64,000 nt of DNA from Meyerozyma guilliermondii (Eukaryota): the NCBI GenBank assembly GCA_051546255.1, contig CP128815.1, positions 62,001-126,000 on the forward strand, in the 5' to 3' direction. The position numbers were made by a program, and so were the translations under genes. Shown piece after piece: positions 30,564 to 40,608 of the stretch (positions are counted from its first letter, which is position 1; every line of letters starts with the position of its first letter). The notes beneath the pieces were generated by a model. The model was given only the letters and a program-made list of their open reading frames with translations, ran no database searches and was not told the DNA's origin.

Positions 30564-33500
30564 CTATATGGTAATATTTAATTCGGGGATTTCATAGCCA
30601 TCAATATTGTTCAAGGAAGGATAATATGGAACAAGAGCATCCCTATTTTGCATGTAGGCACTATTGTAAAGTTTCCAATATGGTTCTCGAACTTTTCTTG
30701 CTGGATGGTATAAACCTGCCCAAAGGTAATTGGCAAAACTACCCACCCCCAACACACACCTTAAACCATCCATACTTTCTAACACACGACTAATGACATG
30801 TGGTGAGCTCTCGAGGATATTGGGTACAACAAGATTGAGAAGATGCATGAAAACATCATAGTACCCATCGTTGGTGCGACCAATACAGTTTAGAGCCATA
30901 TGCTTGACGACTGATGCAGCCGTTTGTCGATGTACCTGATCCCTATCAGTTAAGGCATCTTCCAACAAAGGTGTGATAGCAAATAGATAGTCTTTTGTCA
31001 TGTTACCATCGATGTATTCAAACAAAAAACTCAATGCTTTCAACACACCATTTTGAACATTATTATCTGGAGTTCTGTATTCGTTCATCAATGCTGGTAA
31101 AACAGTGAATGGGCCACAGGTTTCGGCCACTATCCCGATAGCAACCGCTGTACAAACCCTGAGCTGCCGCTCCTGAACTTTAAGGTTATTAAGGAGCATA
31201 ACAATAATGTCTTGTGGACCAATTGTTTTCGAAATATGACCAAACGTTTCATTGGCGGCTACCCGTATTTTCTTCTTTTGACTTTTGAGCATATCCAAGA
31301 GCTCAAAACAGATACGCATCCACTCTTTGGCATTGATTGTTTCCGCATTCTTAGTTGCAATCAACCCAACAAGCTTGATACAAGCTTCTTGAACTTTCTC
31401 TTGCCTATTCCTCATGATTGGTGATAAAGTGGGCAAGAGCTGATTCAATGATGGATTGGACATTGAGTATATTGCTGCTTCTTCCATGCACAGGATGCAC
31501 AGGTAAAGAGCATTAAGTATTGAACCCAACACATCGGGGTAAACCTCGCCTAGAGATTCATACAAAATCAAAATCAACTTCAAAATCAAATCTCCATCAG
31601 AACAGTCTTTAATGACTGGAGCAATGATCGTTATCAAATCAGATGCTTGCTCTCTTATTTCAGGAAGTTTGTTTTTCAACCTGAACAAAATTGTACTTGT
31701 AATGGAATTGATGTGAGGACGAAGTCGAGAACCCAAGGCTAGGGCAACGGCTCCAAATGATTCAAGATAAATTTTAGGCTGCACAGATTGTTCCTGAAAA
31801 GCGTAAAGGACACCATCGACTAGTTGTACTTCCAACTGGGAATCGATTCCAAGTAACTCTTCGGGGTCAGATGATATCATCTTACTGATAGCACCCATGC
31901 TCATGATTCGTAAATTTTCGTTTTCATCTTTGGTATAAATCACAATGTTCTCCAACATATCCAAGAAATCAAACTTTGTTGCCAACAGACAGGTAGCATC
32001 AATAACAAATCTTCCTAGTGTCTTTGAATCACTTGCTGTTTTTCTGTTCCAAAAAAATTTCAAGAATGGTTCGATTATTTCTGTGTTGTATTTTGGAATG
32101 AGCTGCCTTGACAAAGGAAGTGCGATCATGATCCGGAGAATCGACTTCCTCATATCCTCATCAGGAGAATTGAATTCTCGAACAATGATTCGCATAATCT
32201 CTTTTGTGTAGTAGTTTGAGTATTCTTCGTAATTGGGGTCGAACGTCATCAACGCAATGATCGAGGATATACATCTCAAAAAACTTGCAAGGCCCTTTCC
32301 TCTATGCTTACGGAGACCCAGCCAAGCAGGTTCCAAGGCTGGTTCAAAGTACTCAATACCGTAGGGTTTCACGTTTTCGGCAAGTTGTGCTAATGTGAGG
32401 GCGGTGATGCTTCGAACGCTTAGATTCTCATCAGTTAATCCGGGAGTGATTGCGTTCACTAGTTGAGACAAATATGGGAGAATTGCAGCTCCATTTCCAC
32501 CACCAAGTATGATACATAATTGTTGGACAATCTTCATTCCCGTGTGTCTTGCCATCCAGTTCTTTTTAGATTTTATCACGGCTCGTAAAAATGGAAGGAA
32601 CTGAGCAAGACCAGATGTATAGGCTACTATTGCAAATACCCTGGATGCTAAATTTCGAACGTACTCGTCGACATGATCAAGATCCGGTCTCACAGTTGAA
32701 ATCATATTTGCAAGTCCAACTGCTTTGGTTAATGTGACAAGGATTTCCCTAGCTTCCATCCTTGTGGTAAAATCTTCTTCGATCAATAGTGTTGATATCA
32801 GCACAACTATCTTGAATGTGAAAGGACGAACGGTTGAGCCCAATCTCTGCAATATTCTCCCTATAACTTTAACGAGAACATGCCTCTCATGGTCTTCCAA
32901 ATTTGGTTCAACAATTATTGGCAAGATTTTGCTAAAAAGAATCTTGGGACCAAAGTAGGTTGCATTTTCAGAAATTTGTCTCATCGATTTCTTTCGTACC
33001 TGAGGATTACCATTTTTTATCTTAAGAATAAGCTTCATAGCCTGAGTATCTTTTCTCTCCTCTGCTGTAGCCTCTGTTCCAGCTTGAGTGAGCTTACCAA
33101 AATGCTTCATATCTTCCTCTTTAAAGTATTCGAGACCATCAGCCAACTCTTTGGGAGGTAGAGACTCAAGTGCCTGCTTGCGGTCCTGCTGGCCATCCGA
33201 GGGAGGAATATAGTACCCAGCATCCCCATTGATGTCCACGGCAATGCTCTTGTCCTGCTGGTAGTCTTTGGGTGGTTTAACAGCAACATAGCCTGAGGGA
33301 AGAATTAAATCGAGTACCTCATCAGTCAATGGAACACCACCAATAATGGGAACATTTGCAATTAGGGCCTTTTCTTGGTCAGACGGATGTTCGTCTTCAC
33401 CTATTCTCTGCTCTTCCTCCTTCTTTCGTGCTTCGTATTGTTCTGGAGTCACATCCCATCGTATTTTTCGTTGGCGAGGTAGTATCATCTTTTGTGTAGA

Positions 33501-33761
33501 AGCAGATTGTTCATCTAGTATTCCTTGTACCCGTTTCTCTTCTCTTTCAAGGTCATTTACTTCCATGCGGTCTCTGTAAGTTTCTATACGGTCCATTTGC
33601 ATGTCGATTTTACGATCAAATCGACGATTTTGATATCGGTCTTGCTTTAAAGTATCCTTGAGTTGTGGGGTATCCACAAAAGTTTTTTCATCTTCTCGTC
33701 TTAAATCGGCTTCCAAAGCCTGTGGTATGGTGTAATCTGCTGCCAACGTTCGCTTTGGCAT
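30564..33761 (-). CDS. HSH155: U2 snRNP SF3b subunit 1 (SF3B1)
   Basis: RWDVTP, LKIKNG, DEYVRN, ARHTGMKIVQQ, EWMRICFELL, IGPQD, LKVQERQLRVCTAVAI, HPARKVR HEAT repeats. Confidence 0.97.
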   Translation of the reverse strand: MPKRTLAADYTIPQALEADLRREDEKTFVDTPQLKDTLKQDRYQNRRFDRKIDMQMDRIETYRDRMEVNDLEREEKRVQGILDEQSASTQKMILPRQRKIRWDVTPEQYEARKKEEEQRIGEDEHPSDQEKALIANVPIIGGVPLTDEVLDLILPSGYVAVKPPKDYQQDKSIAVDINGDAGYYIPPSDGQQDRKQALESLPPKELADGLEYFKEEDMKHFGKLTQAGTEATAEERKDTQAMKLILKIKNGNPQVRKKSMRQISENATYFGPKILFSKILPIIVEPNLEDHERHVLVKVIGRILQRLGSTVRPFTFKIVVLISTLLIEEDFTTRMEAREILVTLTKAVGLANMISTVRPDLDHVDEYVRNLASRVFAIVAYTSGLAQFLPFLRAVIKSKKNWMARHTGMKIVQQLCIILGGGNGAAILPYLSQLVNAITPGLTDENLSVRSITALTLAQLAENVKPYGIEYFEPALEPAWLGLRKHRGKGLASFLRCISSIIALMTFDPNYEEYSNYYTKEIMRIIVREFNSPDEDMRKSILRIMIALPLSRQLIPKYNTEIIEPFLKFFWNRKTASDSKTLGRFVIDATCLLATKFDFLDMLENIVIYTKDENENLRIMSMGAISKMISSDPEELLGIDSQLEVQLVDGVLYAFQEQSVQPKIYLESFGAVALALGSRLRPHINSITSTILFRLKNKLPEIREQASDLITIIAPVIKDCSDGDLILKLILILYESLGEVYPDVLGSILNALYLCILCMEEAAIYSMSNPSLNQLLPTLSPIMRNRQEKVQEACIKLVGLIATKNAETINAKEWMRICFELLDMLKSQKKKIRVAANETFGHISKTIGPQDIIVMLLNNLKVQERQLRVCTAVAIGIVAETCGPFTVLPALMNEYRTPDNNVQNGVLKALSFLFEYIDGNMTKDYLFAITPLLEDALTDRDQVHRQTAASVVKHMALNCIGRTNDGYYDVFMHLLNLVVPNILESSPHVISRVLESMDGLRCVLGVGSFANYLWAGLYHPARKVREPYWKLYNSAYMQNRDALVPYYPSLNNIDGYEIPELNITI

Positions 33762-33872
33762 GATTCTTTGGAGTTTAAAACGCTTATAAGTATGCTGTTA
33801 ACTATCTTAACTAGTGATTGTCGTGCGCGCGAAATTGGCGATGGCTCCGATGAGATGAGACCAGCTACAAAC

Positions 33873-34742
33873 ATGAACCAGAATTCGCTAGTGATACTAA
33901 ATCGCATACTTTCGCTCAAGGAGAACTCTCCCTTCTTGCTAATATTGGACTCGCTAGCACAATCAGCTCATTATCTTATACGGGAACTTGCAGCCAAGAA
34001 CAATGAAATCACATATTTATCATTCGAAACGGTCAATAGGCCATCTTATGCCCTGAAATGGCTCGAATGTCACGGAAAATCCGTCGAGGAAATCATCAAG
34101 GAGACAAAATCTGACACAAAACAACAATTAGTGATTGTGGATTCCCTTAACTACTTTTCATCGCAACAGTTGACCCAGTTGGTGCTGGGCATCATCGCTC
34201 ATCCGGGCACCACTTTGGCAGGTGTATATCATACCAACAGCAATTATAGCCACATAAATAGCCGTCAGTTCTCATACTACCCGTCGGAATTGACCATATT
34301 GTGCTATATTGCTAGCTCTATCTTGGAAGTGGAACCTATTCTCAAAGACCCTCACGATGAAGAGGTGTTGGATTCATATATCCAAAAACTACAACCTCCT
34401 ATTGGTTTTGATTTGCATAGTCCCAAGTTTGCTGTGGCTCTACACTATCGTCGTAAGTCAGGTAGAACGCTAACGTATCAATATCTCATCGATGCAAATA
34501 CTCATGTGTACGAAGTTCAGGAACAGAAAAAGACACTCAACCAAGAAGACGAAAGTTTACTCAAGGACCTTACTACGTTCAATTTAGCCACGAATGTCAA
34601 ACAGAAAGCAGCTAGGGAACAAGTTGAGTTGCCATTCTTGCAGGCACAGGAAGCATTGGGCTCGGCTGGTGGAGCCATTGTCTACGAATTTGAGAAAGAT
34701 GACGATTATGACGAAGAAGATCCATATGAGGATCCTTTCTGA
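33873..34742 (+). CDS. ELP5: Elongator subunit Elp5/Iki1
   Basis: LNRILSLKE.SPF..LDS, RRKSGR, TTFNL..KQK.AREQVELPF.QAQ..GGAIVYEFEKDDDYDEEDPYEDPF. Confidence 0.92.
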   Translation: MNQNSLVILNRILSLKENSPFLLILDSLAQSAHYLIRELAAKNNEITYLSFETVNRPSYALKWLECHGKSVEEIIKETKSDTKQQLVIVDSLNYFSSQQLTQLVLGIIAHPGTTLAGVYHTNSNYSHINSRQFSYYPSELTILCYIASSILEVEPILKDPHDEEVLDSYIQKLQPPIGFDLHSPKFAVALHYRRKSGRTLTYQYLIDANTHVYEVQEQKKTLNQEDESLLKDLTTFNLATNVKQKAAREQVELPFLQAQEALGSAGGAIVYEFEKDDDYDEEDPYEDPF

Positions 34743-34832
34743 TGAAATAAACACTAGCATACACACTATTGTAGAATAATCGGTCGTCTACCTTACTAAA
34801 AAAATTGCACCCAACGAGTGGTGAAAAAAAGT

Positions 34833-34918
34833 AGCCCGACGCGGGGGTCGAACCCGCAGCCTTTTGATCGCTTCTCTTGTATAAGAGTCAAACGCTCTAC
34901 CGATTGAGCTAGCCAGGC
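34833..34918 (-). tRNA. tRNA-Lys(CTT) with a 13-nt intron (34869-34881)
   Basis: Minus strand GCCTGGCTAGCTCAATCGGTAGAGCGTTTGACT-CTT-A[TACAAGAGAAGCG]ATCAAAAGGCTGCGGGTTCGACCCCCGCGTCGGGCT folds as a cloverleaf; T7 Pol III terminator at 34824-34830. Confidence 0.95.
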
Positions 34919-35030
34919 GGCTACTTGTAGGCAACCTTTCGGTAAGTTATTATATACATAAAGTCTTCATCACATTGAATGTACCATGTTGTACCATGTC
35001 ATTAACTATGAAGGGTGTTATTTTCTGCGT

Positions 35031-35546
35031 TCATTTTCTTCGCCAGCTGACGTACTCCTCATATTTCTCAAATATTTGTGGACCATGCTCATCGGATGAA
35101 TCATCTACCTCATCGCAGCTACAAGTCCAAATACCAGATCTGTTCCAATAAGCTCTACCGTTTCTTTCATTGCACAATGCTAATTCTTCAAGAGTTGGAA
35201 CAGGATATGCTGTGAATTTGCCGTTTCTCTCGGGAAAAATTTGTTTTGTGATTTTTCGAGGTAACCATCGAACCATCTCATGGTCAACGCTTATATAGTG
35301 ATGTTCACCATCCAAATTACTTGCTTTTCTGGGGAAATGGTTGTAGAAGTGGGAGGATTTCAGTGATGCCGGACTATAACTTCCTAAAGTATATTGAACT
35401 ATTGGTGAATCTTTTGATAAAAGTCGGTCAGCATGGTGGGATACGTACCAACCAAAGTCAAATACGCTACCTCTACACTGATGAAAATCGTCTTGTAGTA
35501 GCTTGAAAAGATGGTTGTCTTCAAACCAGATCAGATCCTCAAACAT
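35031..35546 (-). CDS. Hypothetical protein, 171 aa from the first ATG; no recognised family
   Basis: Open frame fills the gap between the tRNA and GPI16; first ATG at 35546 (the track start at 35597 is TTG). Confidence 0.45.
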   Translation of the reverse strand: MFEDLIWFEDNHLFKLLQDDFHQCRGSVFDFGWYVSHHADRLLSKDSPIVQYTLGSYSPASLKSSHFYNHFPRKASNLDGEHHYISVDHEMVRWLPRKITKQIFPERNGKFTAYPVPTLEELALCNERNGRAYWNRSGIWTCSCDEVDDSSDEHGPQIFEKYEEYVSWRRK

Positions 35547-35607
35547 TTTTAAAGAAGTTGAAGCATAATTCCGAATCGGATGCGAAAACCTCACCAATGC
35601 GGCTCAT

Positions 35608-37404
35608 CTATTTAGCTGCCTTGAATCTTTTTTGTAACACCTCCTTGAGCTTTGCTAGCTTCCCTTGGGCTGCAATAACCTCTAATTCCTCTTCTGTGAT
35701 CACCTTTTTGGTCAACAAGTTGTAAACGGTTCCAAATGCCAATGACATGATTGTACAGGTAAGAATAATCACATTGTAGGGCATGGAAAAATCCGGTGTA
35801 GGAAGTGTTAACAAAAGACTAGAGGTTCTAATCTCGTACTCAACATCGTCGTTCTCATTCAAAACAGTGACCATTCCTGCTTCCACGGCAAACCCATGGT
35901 TCGCATCTGGAGGATATTCAGCGTATAACAAGAGAGATTTCTCAAACTCATAAGTTAATACAAGCGTCAGCTTAGGAGGTAACACTATACTGAGCTCAAG
36001 GTGAGAAGGACGCTTTCTGTCAATTGCTGGTCTGTAGAATCTCGTGTGAATGTACTGTTTCTCTTCCTCTGGGGAAAGTAATCTTGTACCGGTTTCATCT
36101 TGAAATGACACTTTAAGTGTATTCAAGTGCAATCTCATGAACCATGGGAGAAACTCAAAGTAGATAAATTTTCTGTCGCTGGTTGTAGGGTTCGAGAAAT
36201 GAGTACGGAGACCACCGCGATCCTGAGAATACCCAGTCAAAGAACGTGCTACTTTGATCGGTGGAGAATCAGATGTCAATACCTTGGAGCTGTCTGGGGA
36301 ACTGAACTTGACGTCGTAAGGTTGTGGTTCCTGAATATCAAAGGAGAGTCCATTGTCAATAGTTTCCGGCTCTACTTTTTGCTCCTGGTAATCAATCACT
36401 GAAACACTCCAATTTTCACGATCGACTTCAACGTTGATCTTGGTGGAGCCAGGCACCAGTTCAAAAGCAGCACCCAAAATGGGTCTACCAAAGATCTCTT
36501 CCAAGCTCCAAGCGACATCTGTTGGGTCACCAAGTGGAAAGCACTGCCAAACGTTGTATGTTTTGGACTCGTCGCAACGTAATTTTTCTCCTGGAGTGGG
36601 TTTTGGAATTCCACCTTCGTTCTTTCTGCGCAATGAGCGAAGCACGTCAATCACAGTATTCACCGACTGTGTCATCTGCAACTTGCAGTCGGTGCCCTCG
36701 CACACAGTATTCATGTCTATAGACATACTGTGCCACAAAGAATCAAATACTTTATGACCATCCAATAAAGTGGAGATTCCTGCTTTGCCTCGAGTAGGAA
36801 GTAATTTGAGAAAAGGTGTCAAGTTTTCAGTACAGATTGGTTCACTTGGGAGCACCGCCCTCAACAAGTAGAGATCATGGGATGGGTGCGTGACGTGGAT
36901 GTTTTGGTTAGGCTTTTGACTGGCGTGGTAATTTGGGATGGTAGTGATGGACTCATCAATGAAGTTTAAAGAAGCACAAAATAACCCAGATAATGTGGAA
37001 GTCAATTTTTTCCAGTCCCGTTTAGCGGTCTTGTAAGAATCAGCTTCAATTACTGCCCAAACTTCCACCCCAGTACCACCGCTTCGGCGTCCGTTATAAG
37101 GAAGCTTACCCCATTCTTCATTATCCCACCATCCCTGGGTGAACCTAAGATGCAATTCGCGTGTGTTGGAGGTTTCTATGATAGGACCAAGTACGTGGGG
37201 GAAGTACATGTAGTGGCTAGCTGCCTTTGGCTGGGCTGGAGCCAGATCATTGTAGTATATCAAACGAGAAGGTTCGGATTCTACGTTGAATTCAAACAAG
37301 CCAAGTAGCTTATTTCGTTCGAGTGGTCTAAGCGTGAGCAGCTCATTATAGGGTATCGCCAACCCGGTGCCACATAGAAACAAGAACCATAGAACGTGAA
37401 TCAT
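35608..37404 (-). CDS. GPI16: GPI transamidase subunit Gpi16/PIG-T
   Basis: Signal peptide MIHVLWFLFL, ELHLRFTQGWW, SGLFCASLNFID, EPICTENLTPFLKLLP, EYPPDANHGF, LPTPDFSMPYNVII. Confidence 0.95.
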   Translation of the reverse strand: MIHVLWFLFLCGTGLAIPYNELLTLRPLERNKLLGLFEFNVESEPSRLIYYNDLAPAQPKAASHYMYFPHVLGPIIETSNTRELHLRFTQGWWDNEEWGKLPYNGRRSGGTGVEVWAVIEADSYKTAKRDWKKLTSTLSGLFCASLNFIDESITTIPNYHASQKPNQNIHVTHPSHDLYLLRAVLPSEPICTENLTPFLKLLPTRGKAGISTLLDGHKVFDSLWHSMSIDMNTVCEGTDCKLQMTQSVNTVIDVLRSLRRKNEGGIPKPTPGEKLRCDESKTYNVWQCFPLGDPTDVAWSLEEIFGRPILGAAFELVPGSTKINVEVDRENWSVSVIDYQEQKVEPETIDNGLSFDIQEPQPYDVKFSSPDSSKVLTSDSPPIKVARSLTGYSQDRGGLRTHFSNPTTSDRKFIYFEFLPWFMRLHLNTLKVSFQDETGTRLLSPEEEKQYIHTRFYRPAIDRKRPSHLELSIVLPPKLTLVLTYEFEKSLLLYAEYPPDANHGFAVEAGMVTVLNENDDVEYEIRTSSLLLTLPTPDFSMPYNVIILTCTIMSLAFGTVYNLLTKKVITEEELEVIAAQGKLAKLKEVLQKRFKAAK

Positions 37405-37872
37405 GGGTAAATTATTCAAAGGAAACGTTTCGCGGTAGTTTTCGCAGCGCGGTGGGGGAGAGTGGAGGGCGCCAGAAAGAGACAAAGGAAACAAAGAAAA
37501 GACAGAAAGCGGAAAAGTAAAGAGCTGAACAAGTTAGCGAGCTGTTTTGATTTCTGTGGTTTTTATGTGTCCATATTTGGTTTTTTGAGAATACATTGGG
37601 AATAAAGTGGAATTGGTGATTTAGTATCTCAAGTTGCGAATCGTAATTTTTCAGCTCTTTGCATAATTTAGAAATTTACCATTATTGAAAAATTAAGGAA
37701 AAGTATGAAATAACAAAGCCACCCAAAACGACCCAAAACACGAACCACACACATTCTCCCTCTATCTCCTCTCCTCCCCATCTTCCCAAACCTCACCTTT
37801 CCTTCCTTTGCACCCATCTCAAAACCGCGAATTCAAGCCGCGCAAATACACTGTTTACCAAACAAACACCTC

Positions 37873-40491
37873 ATGGACCAACCCTCCACCCTTGACCTCA
37901 TAGAGGAACACAAGGAAAACATCCAGATACTATCAACTGGCAGAAGTGCCCAGAAGCTAGCTGAAGGTTTGAAAGGGTCTCGAAATCCAAATTCCAAGAC
38001 TGATCGTGCCCATGAGAGGAACCGTTTCGAAGCACAATTACATCAATGGGACCAACTAGATGATCCTCTTCTGGTGTTTGTATCGTATCTAGACTGGATC
38101 CACAACACATATCCTAGCGGAGCCAGCCATGAAAGTGGACTCTTGTCGCTTTTGGAACGATGTACTTCCAGTCTTCGTGATATCACTCACTATAAAAACG
38201 ATCCTAGATACCTTCTCGTTTGGATGGAGTACATCAAATATCTGGATTCACCACGAGACATATATGTCTACTTGGCAAAAAAACAAATTGGTCAACAACT
38301 AGCATTATATTACGAGGAATTCGCTCGATATTTGGAGATCAACTCATGCATTGAGGATGCGGAAGATGTATACAAACACGGAATTGAAAGCCATGCCAGG
38401 CCATTAGCCCGCTTGAAAGCTTCATATGATCGGTTCCTTCAACGTAAGACCTCGAACCAAACAGTTGAAAGTAATCGTCCTCCATTGACTGGAATTCTGG
38501 CACCCATACTAGACATTGATGTCTCTGAGCCCCCTACTAAGCGGCCCAAACTAGAAATTTTCCGTGACGAACTTTCCGAAGAAGATGGTATATCTTCAAT
38601 ATTCCGCTCACAGGATTATAACGGTGAGCTAGGCTCGATTGCAGAAAGGACAAAAGAAAATAAACTCATGGCAAGGCCCTGGTCAGGAGAAATGCTCAAA
38701 CAAAACACAGACCTCTCCTCTCTAGGTCCAAAGTTTAGCGTTTTTAAAGATGAAGATGAAGACGCTACGGTGGCACAAAAAGTGCAAACAGAAGAAGGAA
38801 CGTACACATTGGTTAAGCATCGTGGAAAAAAGCCTGAACGATTACAGGTGGATTTATCACTTTTAGAGAAAGATGGCCGTGAAATCTGCTTGAGTGAGCT
38901 TCTTCTCATGCTGATAAGTAAGGAAAGCAATTCTTTAGAAAATGACCATTCAAAGAAAGAAACTCTGATGCAACAGGAGAATTTTCCTTTAGATAACAAT
39001 GAAGAGAAAGACGTTCCGATATTTGAGCATACCGAACACTTTACTATTCCATTGAAAGGAATCAGTGAAAGTGAACAAAGTGTGAATGAACCAACAGTGA
39101 CTCTATACTCTAAGCAAGCTGCCAATGAAGTGATGAGTATATTCAACGATGCGGCAAAGAATGTTATAGACGACGATGAAGACCACAAAACTGACGACAC
39201 TAGTAATTTGGATGGGTTTGTGACTGAAACGCTCAACCTTGATATCAAGGCGACACCTCCTACGACCAACAACAGTGTACAAAGCTCACCATTCATCGAA
39301 CAACCTTTACACCACGAGAGTGGCGAGAGCTCCACAACTGAACTCGAAGTTCTCGATCCAACCAACGAGAACACTCGAAGAAAAGCCCTACTTCAATTGA
39401 AGAAGCCGCTCAAGTCGTACCCCAACTATCATGAGTACACTAAACTGGTGAACAAACTTCCCGTGTTCAAAAAGATTACCACAAGCCCATCGAGGTACAT
39501 ACCCAAAGGAAACCGCCATTCAATTATAGATTTTTGTGGTGAAGAGATCTTTTGTCTTCGATGCGAATTGGGTGAGGGAGGCTTTGGCGTTGTGTATTTG
39601 GTGGAAACTGAGACCGGAAGCTTGAGGGCTCTCAAAGTAGAGACCCCATCTACACCGTGGGAGTACTATATTCTCAACCAAGTTCAGCAAAGAATTCAAG
39701 CTCGTAATCTTCAAGAGATGGTGGTTGCTCCGCGAGGCATGTACTGCTTTCAAGATGAGAGTTACATGGTGATGGACTACGTCAAACAGGGCACTCTTCT
39801 AGATGTTGTCAATTTCTTTCGCATACAAAGACCAAACCCAATGTCTAGTGGTGCAGATGAGACATTGTGCATTTACATAGCAGTGGAACTACTCAAGATT
39901 GTTGAGCAGTTGCATGCAATTGGAATCATTCATGGCGACCTCAAGGCCGATAATTGTATGATAAGATTCGAGGAAGTAGATGAGTGGAGTGAAAGCATGA
40001 ATACGGAAGCATGGAAGAGAAAATCTATAACGTTGATTGACTTTGGACGAAGTATAGATTTGACTCTTCACAGCCCAAATACTCAATTCAAGTGTACGTG
40101 GGAAGCCGATGAGCAGGATTGTCCTCAGATGAACAATGGTGAACCGTGGTTATATGAGGCCGATTACTATGGAGTTGCAGGAATCGCCCATACGCTTCTC
40201 TTCGGCGAGTATATCAAGGTTCGCTTACAGCTGGACAGATACGTTCTTCAAAGGCATTTAAAGAGATATTGGCAACAACATCTTTGGTCCAAATTCTTTG
40301 ACCTTCTTCTTAATCCTTATTCAGCAAATGAGATCAAGAAGCCTTTGGCTAGAGAGTTGCAAGTGGTTCGGAATGAAATGCAGGAATGGTTGTTAGAAAA
40401 TGGCCACAGCAAGGGCCTCAAGAAAACAATGTCGGAGGTGGAAGAGTACTTGAACGAGCAGGACAGAATACTAAGAAGAGGATTACGTTGA
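37873..40491 (+). CDS. BUB1: Spindle checkpoint kinase Bub1
   Basis: IEEHKENIQ..GRSA (KEN), TPR LDDPL..LLERC..YKNDPRYL; GLEBS-like EICLSELL; kinase LGEGGFG, IIHGDLKADN, IDFGRSID. Confidence 0.93.
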   Translation: MDQPSTLDLIEEHKENIQILSTGRSAQKLAEGLKGSRNPNSKTDRAHERNRFEAQLHQWDQLDDPLLVFVSYLDWIHNTYPSGASHESGLLSLLERCTSSLRDITHYKNDPRYLLVWMEYIKYLDSPRDIYVYLAKKQIGQQLALYYEEFARYLEINSCIEDAEDVYKHGIESHARPLARLKASYDRFLQRKTSNQTVESNRPPLTGILAPILDIDVSEPPTKRPKLEIFRDELSEEDGISSIFRSQDYNGELGSIAERTKENKLMARPWSGEMLKQNTDLSSLGPKFSVFKDEDEDATVAQKVQTEEGTYTLVKHRGKKPERLQVDLSLLEKDGREICLSELLLMLISKESNSLENDHSKKETLMQQENFPLDNNEEKDVPIFEHTEHFTIPLKGISESEQSVNEPTVTLYSKQAANEVMSIFNDAAKNVIDDDEDHKTDDTSNLDGFVTETLNLDIKATPPTTNNSVQSSPFIEQPLHHESGESSTTELEVLDPTNENTRRKALLQLKKPLKSYPNYHEYTKLVNKLPVFKKITTSPSRYIPKGNRHSIIDFCGEEIFCLRCELGEGGFGVVYLVETETGSLRALKVETPSTPWEYYILNQVQQRIQARNLQEMVVAPRGMYCFQDESYMVMDYVKQGTLLDVVNFFRIQRPNPMSSGADETLCIYIAVELLKIVEQLHAIGIIHGDLKADNCMIRFEEVDEWSESMNTEAWKRKSITLIDFGRSIDLTLHSPNTQFKCTWEADEQDCPQMNNGEPWLYEADYYGVAGIAHTLLFGEYIKVRLQLDRYVLQRHLKRYWQQHLWSKFFDLLLNPYSANEIKKPLARELQVVRNEMQEWLLENGHSKGLKKTMSEVEEYLNEQDRILRRGLR

Positions 40492-40557
40492 CTTTATAAT
40501 CTCCAAACCAGCCGCTGGATTCTGTGCCGCACACATACTGCATACAGCCGACCTTCA

Positions 40558-40563
40558 CCTCGG
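40558..40563. promoter_or_regulatory. CCTCGG fatty-acid response element (FarA/Ctf1/Por1-type) upstream of PEX14
   Basis: Exact CCTCGG about 45 bp upstream of the ATG of a peroxin gene. Confidence 0.5.
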
Positions 40564-40608
40564 TCGAAATCGCTGCCCCACAAATAGTCATTACAATATA
40601 TACCAGCA

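Noticed and set aside
5482..34742. Apparent cluster of translation-fidelity genes (KTI12, RQT4, MBF1, ELP5, tRNA-Lys)
   Set aside because: Spread over 30 kb among unrelated genes; tRNA-Lys(CTT) is not an Elongator substrate; chance is sufficient
35536..35607. Antizyme (OAZ1)-type +1 frameshift at GTT-TGA
   Set aside because: ORF1 is only 22 codons and the downstream protein shows no antizyme similarity that I recognise
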